DNA of 64,000 bases from NCBI GenBank assembly GCA_032718475.1, contig JAUCBJ010000657.1, positions 1-64,000 of the forward strand. Direction: 5' to 3'. Position numbers and translations under genes: made by a program. The DNA comes from Nemertoderma westbladi. Its lineage: Eukaryota > Animalia > Xenacoelomorpha. Positions 62,559-64,000 of this stretch are shown in pieces (the first letter of the stretch is position 1; the number at the start of each line of letters is the position of its first letter). The notes beneath the pieces are model-generated. The model was not told the DNA's origin, did not search any database, and saw nothing but the letters and a program-made list of their open reading frames with translations.

Positions 62559-63709
62559 GAAAACAGAGGCCACAAATTCCTTCAATGGCGGAAGATATTC
62601 TTTCTTCAAGTTCAACAGGTATGTCAGTATCTCCAAATATATTATTATACCCTTAATCTTCTAAACAAGCAGCGTTGATGCTTGTACTATCACTTTGTGG
62701 ATCCTATCTACATAATATGTACATACTTTCTGAATCGGATTTATTATCGCCTTTCTTTTACATTTACTTGATAATCAAGAACACCGAGCCCAATAATTCT
62801 ATAATTCCATTCTTAGAATCATTCTTGTTCGAACGAAAGGTGGTCTTATATCAGACTCGTAATGGATCCATACAGCCTTAATCTATCAAAACCACAAAAG
62901 AACAAAAAAGACCAAAAACAGGTGCATCAGTTGTTACTCCTAGCAACATACTGCAAAGACTAAATGTTGTGTTTTTAGCAACAGGACTGAAGATTACCCC
63001 AATGCAACAACAAGCAGCCTTCACACCATTCAAGAATCTGGAGGAGTTATAGGAAGTGTTTCCACTTCATATTCAGTAGCAGATAGAGCACATCATTCAA
63101 TTGTTAAAGAACTAGGTAATGTATATCATGAACCATGGACACCTCCAGAACTATGCTCCCTTCAGTGGGATAGTAAGCTACTGGGAACATTATTAAATAA
63201 ATACCAATCCGAAGATAGAGTAACTATGCCCATTGTTGACTCTACCAATTTGAAGTTCCTTGGGCTTGCTGGTTCTGATCAGTGTTCTGGTGATATAATT
63301 GCTGGTCTTACATCTTCTTGACATCTGACATCTCCATCTTCCTAAGAAAAGGAAATCTGTTGATAATATTGTCAATACGACATTTGATACAACAACTTTA
63401 AATACTGGTCATTTATCAGCTGCTTACATCTCTATTCAGGGAAGGATTAACTAACACCTCTTATGGTCTGGATGTTGTCATCATATAGGGGAACTTATGA
63501 TTGGACATGTATTTGAGGACCTGAAAATTGAGGCATCAAAATATCAGATTCTCTCGATTTTATACCGTTTCTGGTGTTCACAATGCCCGGCCTCGAAAAC
63601 TCATGGATACGAATTTCTTGTACCAAACATAAATCTTTAATAATAGGTATGATATACAGGACTGACCCTATTTCCCATAACAATTATATACTACTTGATT
63701 ATACTTTAA
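62559..63709 (+). repeat. Composite dispersed repeat, copy C
   Basis: Matches copies A and B; interrupted at TTAA 63706-63709. Confidence 0.9.
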
Positions 63710-64000
63710 CCCTTTCCGGTCTGGGGACTAGATCTAGTCCATGTAGTAGTTTATAAAATAAACATCATTTTCAGAGTATATTTTCGACACTCAGTGTGTC
63801 CCATTTACTTTTTGAGCATCCGAAATAGACTCTGATCATCTGAAATTCTACTTTCGAGGGTCCGGGGTTCTATTTTTGAGTGTCCGAGATTCTACTTTGA
63901 GTGTCCGAGATTCTACTTTGAATGTCCGAGATTCTACTTTAATGTCCGAAATTCTACTTTTTAGTGTCCGAAATTCTACTTCTGCATGTCTGAAATTTTA
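63710..64000 (+). mobile_element. Left end of another piggyBac-type element with ~22-bp subterminal tandem repeats
   Basis: TTAA|CCCTTT start interrupting repeat copy C; TGAGTGTCCGAGATTCTACTTT units; runs off the window. Confidence 0.65.

Overview
Repeat-dense eukaryotic DNA, probably from an invertebrate animal; no intact host gene is visible. The left half is a nested stack of retroelements. A young BEL/Pao LTR element (9866-27576, + strand, 1915-bp LTRs, TSD CTTAC) sits inside an older BEL/Pao element (7036-36492, - strand, 552-bp LTRs, TSD ATTTT). That element splits an RTE-like LINE, which abuts a CACTA/EnSpm-like transposase remnant. A probable third LTR-element remnant lies at 1740-~6100. 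The two complete BEL/Pao elements share unusual traits. Neither has a TGG tRNA-type primer-binding site; the bases directly after each 5' LTR are instead complementary to a segment inside their own LTR, a geometry resembling self-priming. Both carry an extra post-pol ORF with three CCHC knuckles. The inner element also has TA..TA termini, a tRNA-like Pol III cassette in its LTR, a candidate intron inside pol and a dispersed 17-nt motif. The right half holds a GPCR pseudogene, a CR1/L2-like LINE interrupted by a HERO-like element and a foldback element, piggyBac-type MITEs, and Penelope, Helitron, Gypsy and piggyBac fragments. All alignments and counts were done by eye; no database searches were run.
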